Assembly: GCF_006345805.1 (NCBI RefSeq)
Contig: NC_043003.1
Location: 59,892,001-59,956,000 of the forward strand
Direction of reading: 5' to 3'
Length of the DNA stretch: 64,000 nt
From: Octopus sinensis
Lineage: Eukaryota
Part shown: in pieces, positions 1 through 12,228 of the stretch
Layout: each line of letters begins with the position of its first letter
Numbering within the stretch: position 1 is the stretch's first letter
Translations under genes and position numbers: made by a program
The notes under the pieces: model-generated
Seen by the model: the letters and a program-made list of their open reading frames with translations, nothing else
What the model was told of the DNA's origin: nothing
The model's database searches: none

Positions 1-37
1 ATCCAAATGCATTATTTTACCGACAGTCGTGAAACTG

Positions 38-127
38 GGCGAGTTGGCAGAATCGTTAGCACTCCGGGAAAATGCTTAGTGGCATTTCGTCCGTCTTTAC
101 ATTCTGAGTTCAAATTCCGCCGAGGTC
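38..127 (+). mobile_element. tRNA-derived SINE family B, 5' head only
   Basis: A-box-like TGGCAGAATCG and B-box GTTCAAATTCC. The ggcgagttggcagaa...ttctgagttcaaattccgccgaggtc head recurs more than 10 times in the window. Confidence 0.85.
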
Positions 128-287
128 AGAATATAACATCAATAGATTTAAAACTTTGATTTGAATTATTTTCTCCGAAAGTTATTTAGATTCTACTTAA
201 AATTAATTACACCTTTACAAACATCTTCCCGACTTCACAAACTCAATCCATTGCAGGGTTCATTTTCCAGCTATTAGTGGAACTTAT

Positions 288-405
288 TTGCAGGTGAGAT
301 GATTTCAGCAACGTGAAATGAATTATTTACTTCAAGAACACGACGTATCATCTGGTCCACAAACTCACACCATGATCTTACCATTGTTCGTACAATACCC
401 TAAGC
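288..405 (-). mobile_element. Degenerate SINE family C (CORE-like)
   Basis: The reverse complement has ...gtgttcttgaagtaaataattcatttcacgttgct..., similar to the copies at 13192-13460, 13951-14095 and 37961-38110. Confidence 0.5.
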
Positions 406-771
406 TAGGACTTACTCTTTCAGTTTGCCATAAGGAAATACTTAAAACATGTAAAATTTCGAACTAGTAGTACGCTTCATTACAGAAAGCCACATTTATT
501 GCTTTCGTTTACACGTAGCTTACGTTTGCGTTTGGTTGGGTGGAGGTATCTTGTTAATAATCTTTTACTTAGCTTTTGTTAAATTCAACCGGTATAACAA
601 TTGTACAAATAATATCGCCCTACTCCCACCTACATTCATTTATATTTTTTTTTAGAGAAACGCCCTACTGTCAGTTTTAAAGAACAATAATTCTGGTTTG
701 TTGATTTCTCATGTCAACCCCGTGATTAAGTCGTCGAATCTCGAAGGAACGTTATCATCTCTGTTTGTTTT

Positions 772-772
<1 letters not shown>

Positions 773-853
<81 letters not shown>
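773..853. repeat. (CTAT)n microsatellite followed by (CT)n(TA)n
   Basis: Direct inspection. It generates the spurious YLSI and IYLS ORFs. Confidence 0.98.
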
Positions 854-854
<1 letters not shown>

Positions 855-1476
855 CTCTCTCTCTATATATATATATATGTGTATGTATATATATATATGC
901 GTATTGTGTGTATGTCTGTATTGTTTGTACATGCATATACACGTATAAGTATCCCCTTATTTCATTTGTCTGTAACCCTCTCTCTGAATCTCTCTCCGCC
1001 CTCTCCCTCTCAAACACACACACCACACACACATAGAAGCACACAGATAAACACGCATTCACACAATCGACCCCATCATAGCATAATATCCCAGTAAAAT
1101 CCACTGAAGAGTTAAAGTTTCAAAGCAACAGCTAGTATTTAGCAATTTGAAAATGCACTCGTTGACACGACGCTAATTGCTAAGCCGCTCACTGATGTAG
1201 GCGGACCTCTCTCTCTCTCTCTCTGCCCCCATATATATATTTGATATGGCAAATCAACTGTATAATATCATACGTTGTGATAGACATCAATATATGTAGT
1301 AAGAATAAGCCGTGTGTGCAAATATGAAATGTGTCTGTGTATATATATATATAAATCTATATCTCTCATGCTTTGTTCCTCTTTATGTATATATGCATAC
1401 ATGCACACGCACACACGTACATATATATACATCTATGCTTGCACACACGTGAGCTTGTATGTGTGTGTGTGTGTGT

Positions 1477-1513
<37 letters not shown>

Positions 1514-2019
1514 TGTGTATGTGTGTGTGTGCGTGTGTGGTGTCCAAAATGAGGGATTTTTAATTAGAATAAAATGGCGTAAAAATGTACAAAGGACACG
1601 ATAAAATTTTAGGTATTTATATTTATCATTTTGTCTGTTTGTTAATTGGAACTTCGAAGTTTCGTTAAGTGTATGTAATATTGAAACATATGCACACACA
1701 CACACTCTCCCTCTCTCTCTCACACACACATACACATATATATATATACACGCACACACATGTATAGTCACACACAGAGATATGAATGGGAGATAGCGTC
1801 AAACATAGGTCATAAAATTTATCTGAATGCGAGTGGATTTTCTACTTATATTACACGCTTACAACGCCTTTGAAACAATAACGACAACGACAACAATATT
1901 CATAATTATTAAAAATGTTTGCCACAAGGGAATTTCTCCCAGTGTGTGTGTGCGCGCGCGTGTTTGTCCACTTCCACCGATTTTCAATGGATTTGGTTTC
2001 TTTATGTTCCCTTCTTCGA

Positions 2020-2146
2020 GTGGTTGACAAAAGATCAGTGGAATAAATGTCAACTGCAATGGTACTGGGGTCGATTTGTTCGAATAAAACCTTCAAGGCA
2101 AGGCCCTAGCATGGCCGCAGTTCAATGATTGAAACAAGTAAAAGAT
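2020..2146 (+). mobile_element. SINE 3' fragment (family B-type hairpin module with family A tail)
   Basis: tactggggtcgatttgttcgaat...gcatggccgcagttcaatgattgaaacaagtaaaagat matches the tail of family A. Confidence 0.7.
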
Positions 2147-2211
2147 ATTGGCGTAATGACTCCCTAGAAACAACAAGATTAAAGAGAGTTTAACAAAATA
2201 AAATAACATGA

Positions 2212-2376
2212 GGTGCAAGATTGGATGTGTGGTAAGTAGCTTGATTACCAAATACATAGTTCTGAGTTCAGTCCCACTGCGAGGCACCTTGGGCAATTGT
2301 CTTCTACTATAGCCTCGGGCCGACCAAAACCCTGTGAGTGGATTTGGTAGACAGAAACTGAAAGAAGCCTATCGTA

Positions 2377-2423
<47 letters not shown>

Positions 2424-2690
2424 GTGTGTGTGTGTGTGCGTATGTGTGTGTGTGTGTATGTGTGTGTGTGTGTGTGTGTGCGTCTGTGTTTGTTTCCCCA
2501 ATATCGCTTGACAACCGATGCTGGTGTGTTTACGTACCCGTAACTTATCGGTTCGGCCAAAGAGACCGATAGAATAAGTACTAGGCTTACAAAGAATAAG
2601 TCGTGGCTTTGATTTGCTCGACTAAAGGCGGTGTTCCAGCATGGCCGCAGTCAAATGGCTGAAACAAAAGCAAAAGAGTAAAAAGGAGTA
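2212..2690 (+). mobile_element. Full-length SINE family A (tRNA-like head, CORE-like segment, internal (TA)n(TG)n, 3' tail)
   Basis: Head ggtgcaagattggatgtgtggtaag...gagttcagtccc; ccttgggcaa CORE-like motif; internal microsatellite at about 2375-2480; tail ggcggtgttccagcatggccgcagtcaaatggctgaaaca plus an A-rich repeat. There are many homologous copies in the window. Confidence 0.9.
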
Positions 2691-2984
2691 TGAAATTCCA
2701 TTTAAAAATCTAACAAGAAATGCGTAATGGAGTTTATTTTTATCCACGGTACCTCTACCTGCAGTATGATCAGTGTCTTAATATTTTAGTAGGACAGGGT
2801 ATTCACCTTATCTTGTCACAATATCTTTTCTCTGCCTTGTAGAATTATATGCTCTCGGCCTCACTCTTGCTAACTTGTCAGCGTTAGCTCGGGGCTATGT
2901 AAGTGAATAGGTATTATTACAACTGATCATTGGAAGGCTCGGTCACAACAAGAGCAGCAAGAACGATAACAACAAATACGCTAC

Positions 2985-3004
2985 TACTGCAGCTGCTGCT
3001 GCTG

Positions 3005-3064
<60 letters not shown>

Positions 3065-3130
3065 TACTACTACTACATTTATAATAAATAATAATAATAA
3101 TAATAATATCACTACTACTATTACTAATAC
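2985..3130. repeat. Compound (GCT)n(ACT)n(AAT)n microsatellite
   Basis: Direct inspection. Confidence 0.95.
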
Positions 3131-3386
3131 TACCGTGCTGACAGACTAATATGAACGATCTTAACGACGTAGGTGGAAGATGTTCGTGATGATGCTGGTA
3201 ATGTTGTGGAGGTGGAGGAAAATAGTTTGGTAATCGTTGCCGCGATCGTCACCATTATCGCCCAGAGCAATACACACCCCTTCACCCGCTTCGTCCTCTT
3301 CGCGCCACCATCATCATCATCTACATCATCATCATCATAATGAAAGTGTCAACACGAGCAACACAACAGTTATAACAGCAACAATA

Positions 3387-3436
<50 letters not shown>

Positions 3437-3459
3437 TAATAATCATAAATCATAACTGA

Positions 3460-3929
3460 TTGGAAGTGTTATCATGTACATTGTTTTGTCTTGGTATAAA
3501 AGATGGGCTACAGCAAATATTCTGCTCAATACCACAGATTTGCTTATCAGTTGTTTGATCTTAACCAGTTGAGCATGTACCTTAGTGGCTGACGAAATGT
3601 GCATCTCTGATCACGAGCAGAAGTAGTAGGGGAGCCTCATAGCCATGTGTTGTGAGGGATTTTTTAGGGTTTGACTAATTCACCTCTGGAAACATGAGTG
3701 TTTCGTTCGACATCCTTAAACAACCCTTATTCAGGGACCTTTTGAGCGGGATGGGTTACTCGACCAGAAGAAACATCTAACTGGGCCCCACCTGCAAGGT
3801 CTTGTGCTGTTTATCTTGATATGAGATCACCATGTCGCGCACATATGGTTGTGATGCATGTGCCTAACGTACCCTTATCAGACGGGTAGTCATGATGGGT
3901 ATTCTAGGCTTCGTATATTATACACCAGT
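3460..3929 (+). mobile_element. Non-coding dispersed repeat (putative retroposon) downstream of (AAT)n, copy 1, 3' end missing
   Basis: About 280 bp align by eye at roughly 85% identity with 59108-59385. It is preceded by (AAT)n and has no ORF. Confidence 0.8.
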
Positions 3930-4020
3930 AAACAACAAACAAGATGAGGACAAATATCCGTCAAATGTAAATAATGTAAATAATTTAAGAACAGCAATAG
4001 TGTTCAAGATCAATACGAAC

Positions 4021-4278
4021 TTTTACTTGTTTCAATCACTGGACTATGGCCATGCTGGTGTTTCGCTGTAAAGCATTTTAGTCGAACAAATCGACACTAG
4101 TACTTATAGTTGTATTTAAGTTTGGATTCTTTTGACGAACTGTTGAGTTGCGGGGACGTAAACAAACAAGCGCCGGTTGTCAGGCGGTTGTGGTGGGGGG
4201 AGTATGAAAAATATAAACACGAAGACACACGCATAGAGGTACACACACGCATAGAGGTACACACACGCATTTCGTAAT

Positions 4279-4310
<32 letters not shown>

Positions 4311-4466
4311 CGTGCGCGTGTAGGTGTGTGCGCACGCCACGGGCTTCCACACAGTTTTCGTCTACGAAATCTACTCCCAATTCATAGATTGGCCCAGGGC
4401 TACAGTTCGCACAGTGGGTCCGAACCTCAACACACGTACTTGCAAATAAAGTTTTCTTGCCCACAC
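4021..4466 (-). mobile_element. SINE family A, diverged, part of the CORE segment deleted
   Basis: Reverse complement of the tail (ttttacttgtttca...ggccatgctgg), internal (TG)n and an 18-bp duplication, and the head remnant cagtgggtccgaacc...cttgcccacac. Confidence 0.8.
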
Positions 4467-4583
4467 ACTGATATCCGCACTTATGCTAACAAAGCAAAAT
4501 GAGAATGAACGCCGAAACAAAAGGTGAACGATGGAAAGCAAAACTCGTATCATAAACATCATATTAATTATAACAACAACAAC

Positions 4584-4666
<83 letters not shown>

Positions 4667-4953
4667 AATAATAATAATGATTTTGTGCTACAGAATAATG
4701 TGTTTCGCATTTTGATATAAAGAAAGATATGTGAATGCATTAGCATTCGGGTGTTACAATTGCAAGATAACTTACATATAGTGACATCGGTTTGTTCTCT
4801 TCTCTAACAATGACAATTCATGATCATGCTTTGATAACTGCCAGTGACAGGTTTATATCGATTTCTTTATAATAATGATACAGCAACGACCTTTGGATAA
4901 GTGTGTGTGTGTGTGTGTGTATGCGTGTGCGTGTGCGCGTGCATAACTATATT

Positions 4954-5010
<57 letters not shown>

Positions 5011-5763
5011 TGATGTAAAATCTGTATGAAACAATGTTATAGCACACTTGATACTGTTGCAATTTATGTATCATATCAACTGGCACTTGCAGAATTTCAG
5101 AGAATAACGATAAACTTCTGAAAAAGCAAATCTACATTGCTGCTTCGATATCTTTTATAAGTCATTTTTCATTTCATATACATATATAATATACTAGGGT
5201 TAAATAATATGATTCTCAAATGTCCCATTCAATAAAAACAAAAGAGTAATGTGTGTGATATTACACGATATATTATGGCATTACATAAGTGCATGCGACG
5301 TAAGATTTACATAATAGGAATAGAATGTCAAGCATCACTTATTCAAAGGTTTTTGCATGTTCAGCAAATGTTATGGTATATAGAACCTCTATATAATGAA
5401 ATTATGGGTGTTAATAACAACATATCATATTGCTGAGTAATTACAAGTGTGTAAAATTGTACTGTTTATTAATGTTTATTATTAGATAATAATATATTAA
5501 TTTTGTTTGATCACCACATAAGAAGCAAAGCGGTAATTATCATATGTAAATAATAGAATGTGAGCAGTTTTGGAAAAGTAGACGCCATTTTGTAACGGTC
5601 GAAGAAGCATAACGAGAATATTTTACATCGTCCGCAGTATTTTGATATTGCCAGTGAAGGGATCATTATCTGACTGTCAGTCAGGCAAATAGCTTTCTTT
5701 TGAATGCCTTGAGTAGAGAGCAGAACGTCAAAAGTATGTTCTGAGGAGCAAATCTCATTCTTT

Positions 5764-6210
5764 AACGAATCACCATTATGTAGTATGTGTGAAACAAAAG
5801 AAAGAATGGTCAGCCATCTTGTAAGCGAATGTGCTAAGTTGGCACAGCGGGAATACAAAAGAGGACATGATAATGTTGCCAGATATATCCATTGGTTGAT
5901 ATCTGAGAAATGTGCGTTTGTCAGAGAAGCTAAATCAAATGAGCAGGAACCAGATAGAATGTTAGAAAATGATAAATTTAAGCTTTTGTGGGATTTCACT
6001 ATTCAATATGATAGAATGATGAAGGGAAGAAGACCAGACAAGAAAGAGGAAGTGGCCCAAATTGTTGATATCTCTATCGCAGGGGACAGTAAAGTGAAAG
6101 ATAAATAACATGAAAGAAAGGAAATGTATGAACGATTGATAGAGAAGGTTGAAAAAAGTTGTTGGGGATGAAGAAGGCTTCAGTGATTCTGGTGGTGATC
6201 CGAGCATTGC
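5764..6210 (+). mobile_element. R4/Dong-clade non-LTR retrotransposon C-terminal fragment (CCHC finger + restriction-like endonuclease), decayed
   Basis: The frame of ORF 5785-6108, extended upstream, reads ESPLCSMCETKERMVSHLVSEC (CX2CX8HX4C), then GHDNVARYIHW, LLWDFTIQYD, RRPD and IVDISIAGD. After a stop and frameshift it continues GMKKASVILVVIRAL (ORF 6159). This motif order is typical of R4/Dong RLE elements. Confidence 0.88.
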
Positions 6211-6714
6211 GATGCATACATATATATATATATATATGCAATGACCAATACAAAGCATACATAATATATGAGTTCCTTAAATTGGAGGCTGTCCGTCTCT
6301 TGCGCCAGTTATCAGAAGTCAGACTGTTACAGAACACATAAGTAGGTAGGTAGGTAGGTAGGTATGTAGGTAGGTAGATAAAAAGACCGATAGACAGATA
6401 GGTAGATAGATTAATAGATAGAGAGATAGATAAATAGATAAACAGACAGATAGATAGATGTACGGTTAGACGGACGGAGGGACCAACGGATAGGAAAATA
6501 GACAGATAATTGATGGACAGAGAGAAAGAAAGAGACTGTTTTTTAAAGAGAGCTGTTTGGGAGACGTGTACAATAACGAATATTAGATATAATAAAATGA
6601 AATCTGTGGACAATGAGGTAATTTACTTATGACAGATAACATGAGAGTCTGAAGAAAGTCACTTTCAATGATGGATGAGTGGAATAACGGATAATAGCTA
6701 AAGGGTTAAAAACC

Positions 6715-6960
6715 GAAGTGTAATGACAGATATAGACAATGACACATATTAAATAAGAGGTTAATGACTGATATCAAATGACGAATACGAATAAGACAAC
6801 GTTATTTACAGAGTAATGATATAGGTATATAATAATACGATGTAGCATTGAATACAGAACTCATTACACTTTTGTCGTTATTCTGGAGTAAGTCATTATT
6901 AGGCTCATATGTCATTACACATGTGTCATTGCGCTATAAGTCATGTTTGCTTTCACATAA
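6715..6960. repeat. Imperfect inverted repeat built from ATGAC/GTCAT motifs (MITE/foldback-like)
   Basis: ATGAC at 6723, 6739, 6764 and 6778 is mirrored by GTCAT at 6892, 6911, 6925 and 6940, centred near 6836. gtgtaatgaca and tgtcattacac are exact reverse complements. Confidence 0.6.
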
Positions 6961-7225
6961 ATCTGTCATACTGTCACTGTGCATAGGTGATAAGTGCAAT
7001 GATTGGTATTAGTGAAAGCATGTGGTATTTTTATAACGAAATGCGATAAATATTGAAATTACACATCATATTATACAATACATATATATATACATATACA
7101 CAATGTAGTGATACATTTTAGATTTTGTGTAATGATTTCTGGGTATGTCGTAAGAGGACACCCATCAGAACCCCCACCCATATACATACGTACATACATA
7201 TGCACACACACACACACACACACAG

Positions 7226-7264
<39 letters not shown>

Positions 7265-7543
7265 ATTGTACAACATGATAAAAAATGTTGTAACATTGCC
7301 TGCGGGATTAGAATGACAGATACACACATATATTTCTTTGTGCATGTGTATATATATGTGTGTGTGAGTGTGTGTATGTGTGTTTGTGTATGTGTGCGTG
7401 TGTGCATATATGTGTGTTTGTGTGTGTTTGTGTGTGTTGTATATATGTATGTATGAATATATCTATATAGAGAGATATATGTATGTATGTGTGCATCTTT
7501 ATATATGTATGGCTGTCCGCGCCCGTATGCGTGCGTGTGTGCA

Positions 7544-7576
<33 letters not shown>

Positions 7577-8391
7577 ATATGTATGTATGTATGTATGTAT
7601 GTACGTATGACCATTTGTATGTAGATGTATAAGAAGAATAGCTTGGTAATTGGCTCATAATTTGGAGAAGTACTGAGCTCTTTGAGATGATGTAAGATAC
7701 TCGTATGTGGATTCAAGTGTATTGAAACCTTATGTTACGAGGTGCGTTGTGGCTCCTTATTCTCTAAGGCTACTTCAAGACAATCTGCGGCAGACTATTG
7801 CTTGTAACAGAATGGAATTTAGTGTATGTGAGTTCGTTGAGACAAACACGCTCCGATTTCGAGTGAGGAAAATCCTAAATTTACATGAAATGATGTCTGT
7901 GTTTGTATTTTATATTTTTATACACACTCACGCACACACACACACAAACCCACACAAACACCCACAATAATATATAAATACATATTCATATATATGTATA
8001 TGCACACGCATATATTCGTATACATGTACGTGTATACATACATGTATATATATATATATACATATATATAAATATACATTTATATAATATAGCATACGTG
8101 TATGTACTTCTTTAGGTATGCATATTTAGGAGTTCAGTTATGTAAGTTTTTCGCGTTTTTTTTTTGTCCCAAGAGTGAAGAAAAATTGAACAAACTTGCT
8201 TGGCAATTCACCTGCAAATCTTAATTTCTCAGATTTTTCTCTTTTTTTATGTATATATGTATAAATATTATATTCTTTTCGCTTTTCCAAACTTCCAAGT
8301 CAACTTTTTTCTAACATATGCTTCTATTTTCGATCTTTGCGCAATATTTTTCCACAAACATATATAGATATATATATATATATATATACAT

Positions 8392-8424
<33 letters not shown>

Positions 8425-8425
8425 A

Positions 8426-8500
<75 letters not shown>

Positions 8501-8749
8501 TAGTCAGTAAGTATTTTATATTTAAACTGACATTGATTCTGTTGCAATTTTAAACATCTATTCTCTGATATATACGGAAGTAAATCAGAGTTAGACCCGT
8601 ACACCATTCACAAAATAGTTAATCCCAACGGTGCCTCGTTGACCCGCTCCTTTTAATGACTGCTCTCTAATTCTGTTTTATTTCGTATGTGTGTGTGTGT
8701 ATGTATGTGTATTCATATATGTCTGTATGCGTGTTTATTTGTGTGATGT

Positions 8750-9050
8750 TTTATTTTACGATAAGATAGCCAGTTCCAATAACTTAATTGGGAAACGAAA
8801 AGATGTGTGTGTTTGTGTATGTGTGTGTTTGTGTATGTGTGTGTATGACGATAGCCCCGGGTTACAGACACACCTCTGTATGTGTAACCATCTGCACGTG
8901 ACACTTTAGTAGGTTTGCAACGGTGTCACATCCTGGGTCACCGAAGTGCGCTCATTTGATTGACAGTCGGGTAAACTGGCCGGTCCACATTATTCAAAAG
9001 AAGCTGAAACGGCTGGATTAAGTAAAAGAAAAATAAGAAAAAGGAAAGAA
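8750..9050 (+). mobile_element. Highly degenerate SINE family A (mid and 3' part)
   Basis: ggaaacgaaaagat, then (TG)n, then a tail ending ctggattaagtaaaagaaaataag. Confidence 0.4.
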
Positions 9051-9526
9051 AACATTTTCCTGGTTGTAGTGAACTATTTGTACGAGCATCACACACACAC
9101 AAACACACACACGGGCACACACGCACGCATGCACACACACACAAGTATATACGTATAGCCAGAGTCAATCACACATACATATACATACTTTGATTTATGT
9201 ATGCTTACGAACAAGGATGGCAGGTATGTTACCCACAGCGTATTATCAGGTGAAGTATTTCAGCTAATTATACTTTTAATACTTGTATCCTACATTTTGC
9301 TTTCTTTACAATGTACATTTGATTCACGTCGGGGTGACCTCGGTTGAAGCTGATAACTGATACATAATATAATGTAAAAATTAATATAACAACATAATAT
9401 AAAATAATATGTGTGTGTGTGTGTATAATATATACAAACACACACACAATATATATATATACATACATATATATATATATATGTATATATATTTATATAT
9501 AATATAATATTATATATAGAAATATA

Positions 9527-9569
<43 letters not shown>

Positions 9570-9650
9570 AATATTATATTATATTATATAAATAAATAAA
9601 TATTGTATATATATATATATATAAAATATTATATTTTATTTTATGAAATC

Positions 9651-9697
<47 letters not shown>

Positions 9698-10359
9698 ATA
9701 TATGTGTGTGTGTATGTGTGTTGGTTTGTGGAGCCCTTTAAGGGCTCCCTGGGTTTTCACAATCATAATAACCCAAATATTTCTCTTAGCTTTCCCGCTC
9801 CATATTCGTTAATATAGAATTGTTGAAAACTGTCTTATTGTTTCTTTGCACGACACCAATTAGATTATATTTTAAAAGTTACCTTGTTTTCAGTATATAC
9901 GAGAACACAGAGCTACATGTGAATGCACACAGAGGCATGGCTAACTACTTTTCCAATCTAACTACCTACAAATTCACCTACCTAGATACATAAATGTGTG
10001 AAATTCTGTTCCTCCGTATGAAGGGCTTCCGAGCAGTTTCCTTCTAAGGCACTCCAAACACAAGACATATCAATTTCCATATCGAGGCTGTGAGAAAAAA
10101 TGCTTTCATTCAAATCCCTGCGGATTGGGCTCCAACCAGAAGGCATGCAGTTACAATGCGGATCTCTTTATCACACATTAGTTACTGTACACATCCACAT
10201 AACATCACATATAAAGAACAGCCGTATATGTATATATATATATCTATATATATATATATATATATATATATGTCTTTTTTCATTTCTTTCGGGCATTAGA
10301 CTGTGGCTTTGCTTGGTTACCAGTTGTACGTTTTTTTTGGTTTTTTTAAAATTACTTCT

Positions 10360-10835
<476 letters not shown>

Positions 10836-10836
10836 A

Positions 10837-10895
<59 letters not shown>

Positions 10896-11428
10896 ACACA
10901 TACACACATACACGTATATAGATAGAGAGGATAGTGAGGAAGAGAACTACATTATATTTTACGTATAAATGAGTATGCGTGTGTGTGTGTGTTTGCTTGT
11001 GTTCACGTGTGAGTCTGTATGAGTTTCTATTCAAGTGCGTGTATTTCTGCGTATGTGTGCGTGCTTGTATGTGTGTACGCGCCAAGGTGTAACATTTAGA
11101 ATAATATCTGTGGCACTATTTCCAGAACTCATTTATTCCCTTCATTACGCTTCTAGAGTGATTCTTCGAAGCAAGTTTAGTCACTGCAATGGTCATTGTC
11201 TCTTCTTTCTTAGCCACCGTGACCAAGGTCGTGCAGTGACATCGACTTAGTTAATTATTTTCTGTATTCCATTCTCTCAGCAAACAATATGGGTAATTAC
11301 TGTATGATAATATATTTATCTCTCTGATCCTGAAATATCAACTAATAACTACCTTTATTTATCGTATTACTTGATTAGAATAGTGATTCACTTCACATTT
11401 CAACGCACAGTCACACACACACACACAC

Positions 11429-11507
<79 letters not shown>

Positions 11508-11888
11508 ATACGCACAGACACTCACACTCATGCACACAGACAGGCATTCACACACACATACACATACCCACAGATACACATACGTACACGGTTATTTATA
11601 GTTGTTTTTATACTACATATATACAAATATGTATACATGCAAGTATGTATGTATGTATGTATGTATATATATATAATATGTATATATATATGTATGTATA
11701 AGAAGCAAATTTTTTAAACATATGTATACATTCATGCACATGGTGTGCATATATATTTATATAAATATATATTATATATATATATATATACATGTATGTG
11801 TTTTGTATGCATGTATATATACACACACGTATATATACACACATATATATACATACATACATATATATATGTATGTATATATTTATAC

Positions 11889-11919
<31 letters not shown>

Positions 11920-12117
11920 GTATATAATATATGTATATGATATGTGTACATATAGACAGACACACACTCACACACAATGTGCTCATGTGTACTATGTCTG
12001 CCAACAATGTAACAATGTCTTTATGCAAATCCTAGTAACATGATAGATGGGATGTTATCAGCGGGTGATATCAAATAACCTTCGTTCACCACCACCGCCA
12101 ACAGCTCCTCCTCCCAT

Positions 12118-12228
12118 TCTTCTTCTTCTACTTCTTCTTCTTCTTCTTCTTCTACTTCTTCTTCTCCTTCTTCTTCTCTTCTTCTTCTTCTTCTTCTTCT
12201 TTTCTTCTTCTTCTTCTTCTTTTCTTCC
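12118..12228. repeat. (CTT)n microsatellite
   Basis: Direct inspection. It produces the poly-E, poly-K and poly-L ORFs. Confidence 0.97.

Noticed and set aside
38-127. tRNA gene calls for the A/B-box sequences (also 13400-13460, 37961-38020)
   Set aside because: No cloverleaf or acceptor stem, and they continue into repeated SINE bodies, so they are SINE heads.
6697-6709. gctaaagggTTAA as a piggyBac-like right end
   Set aside because: No matching TTAAccctt left end was found nearby; a single short motif is insufficient.
11180-11240. gtcactgca...tgcagtgac hairpin
   Set aside because: Only a 9-bp and a 5-bp stem with a long loop, within chance expectation for 64 kb.
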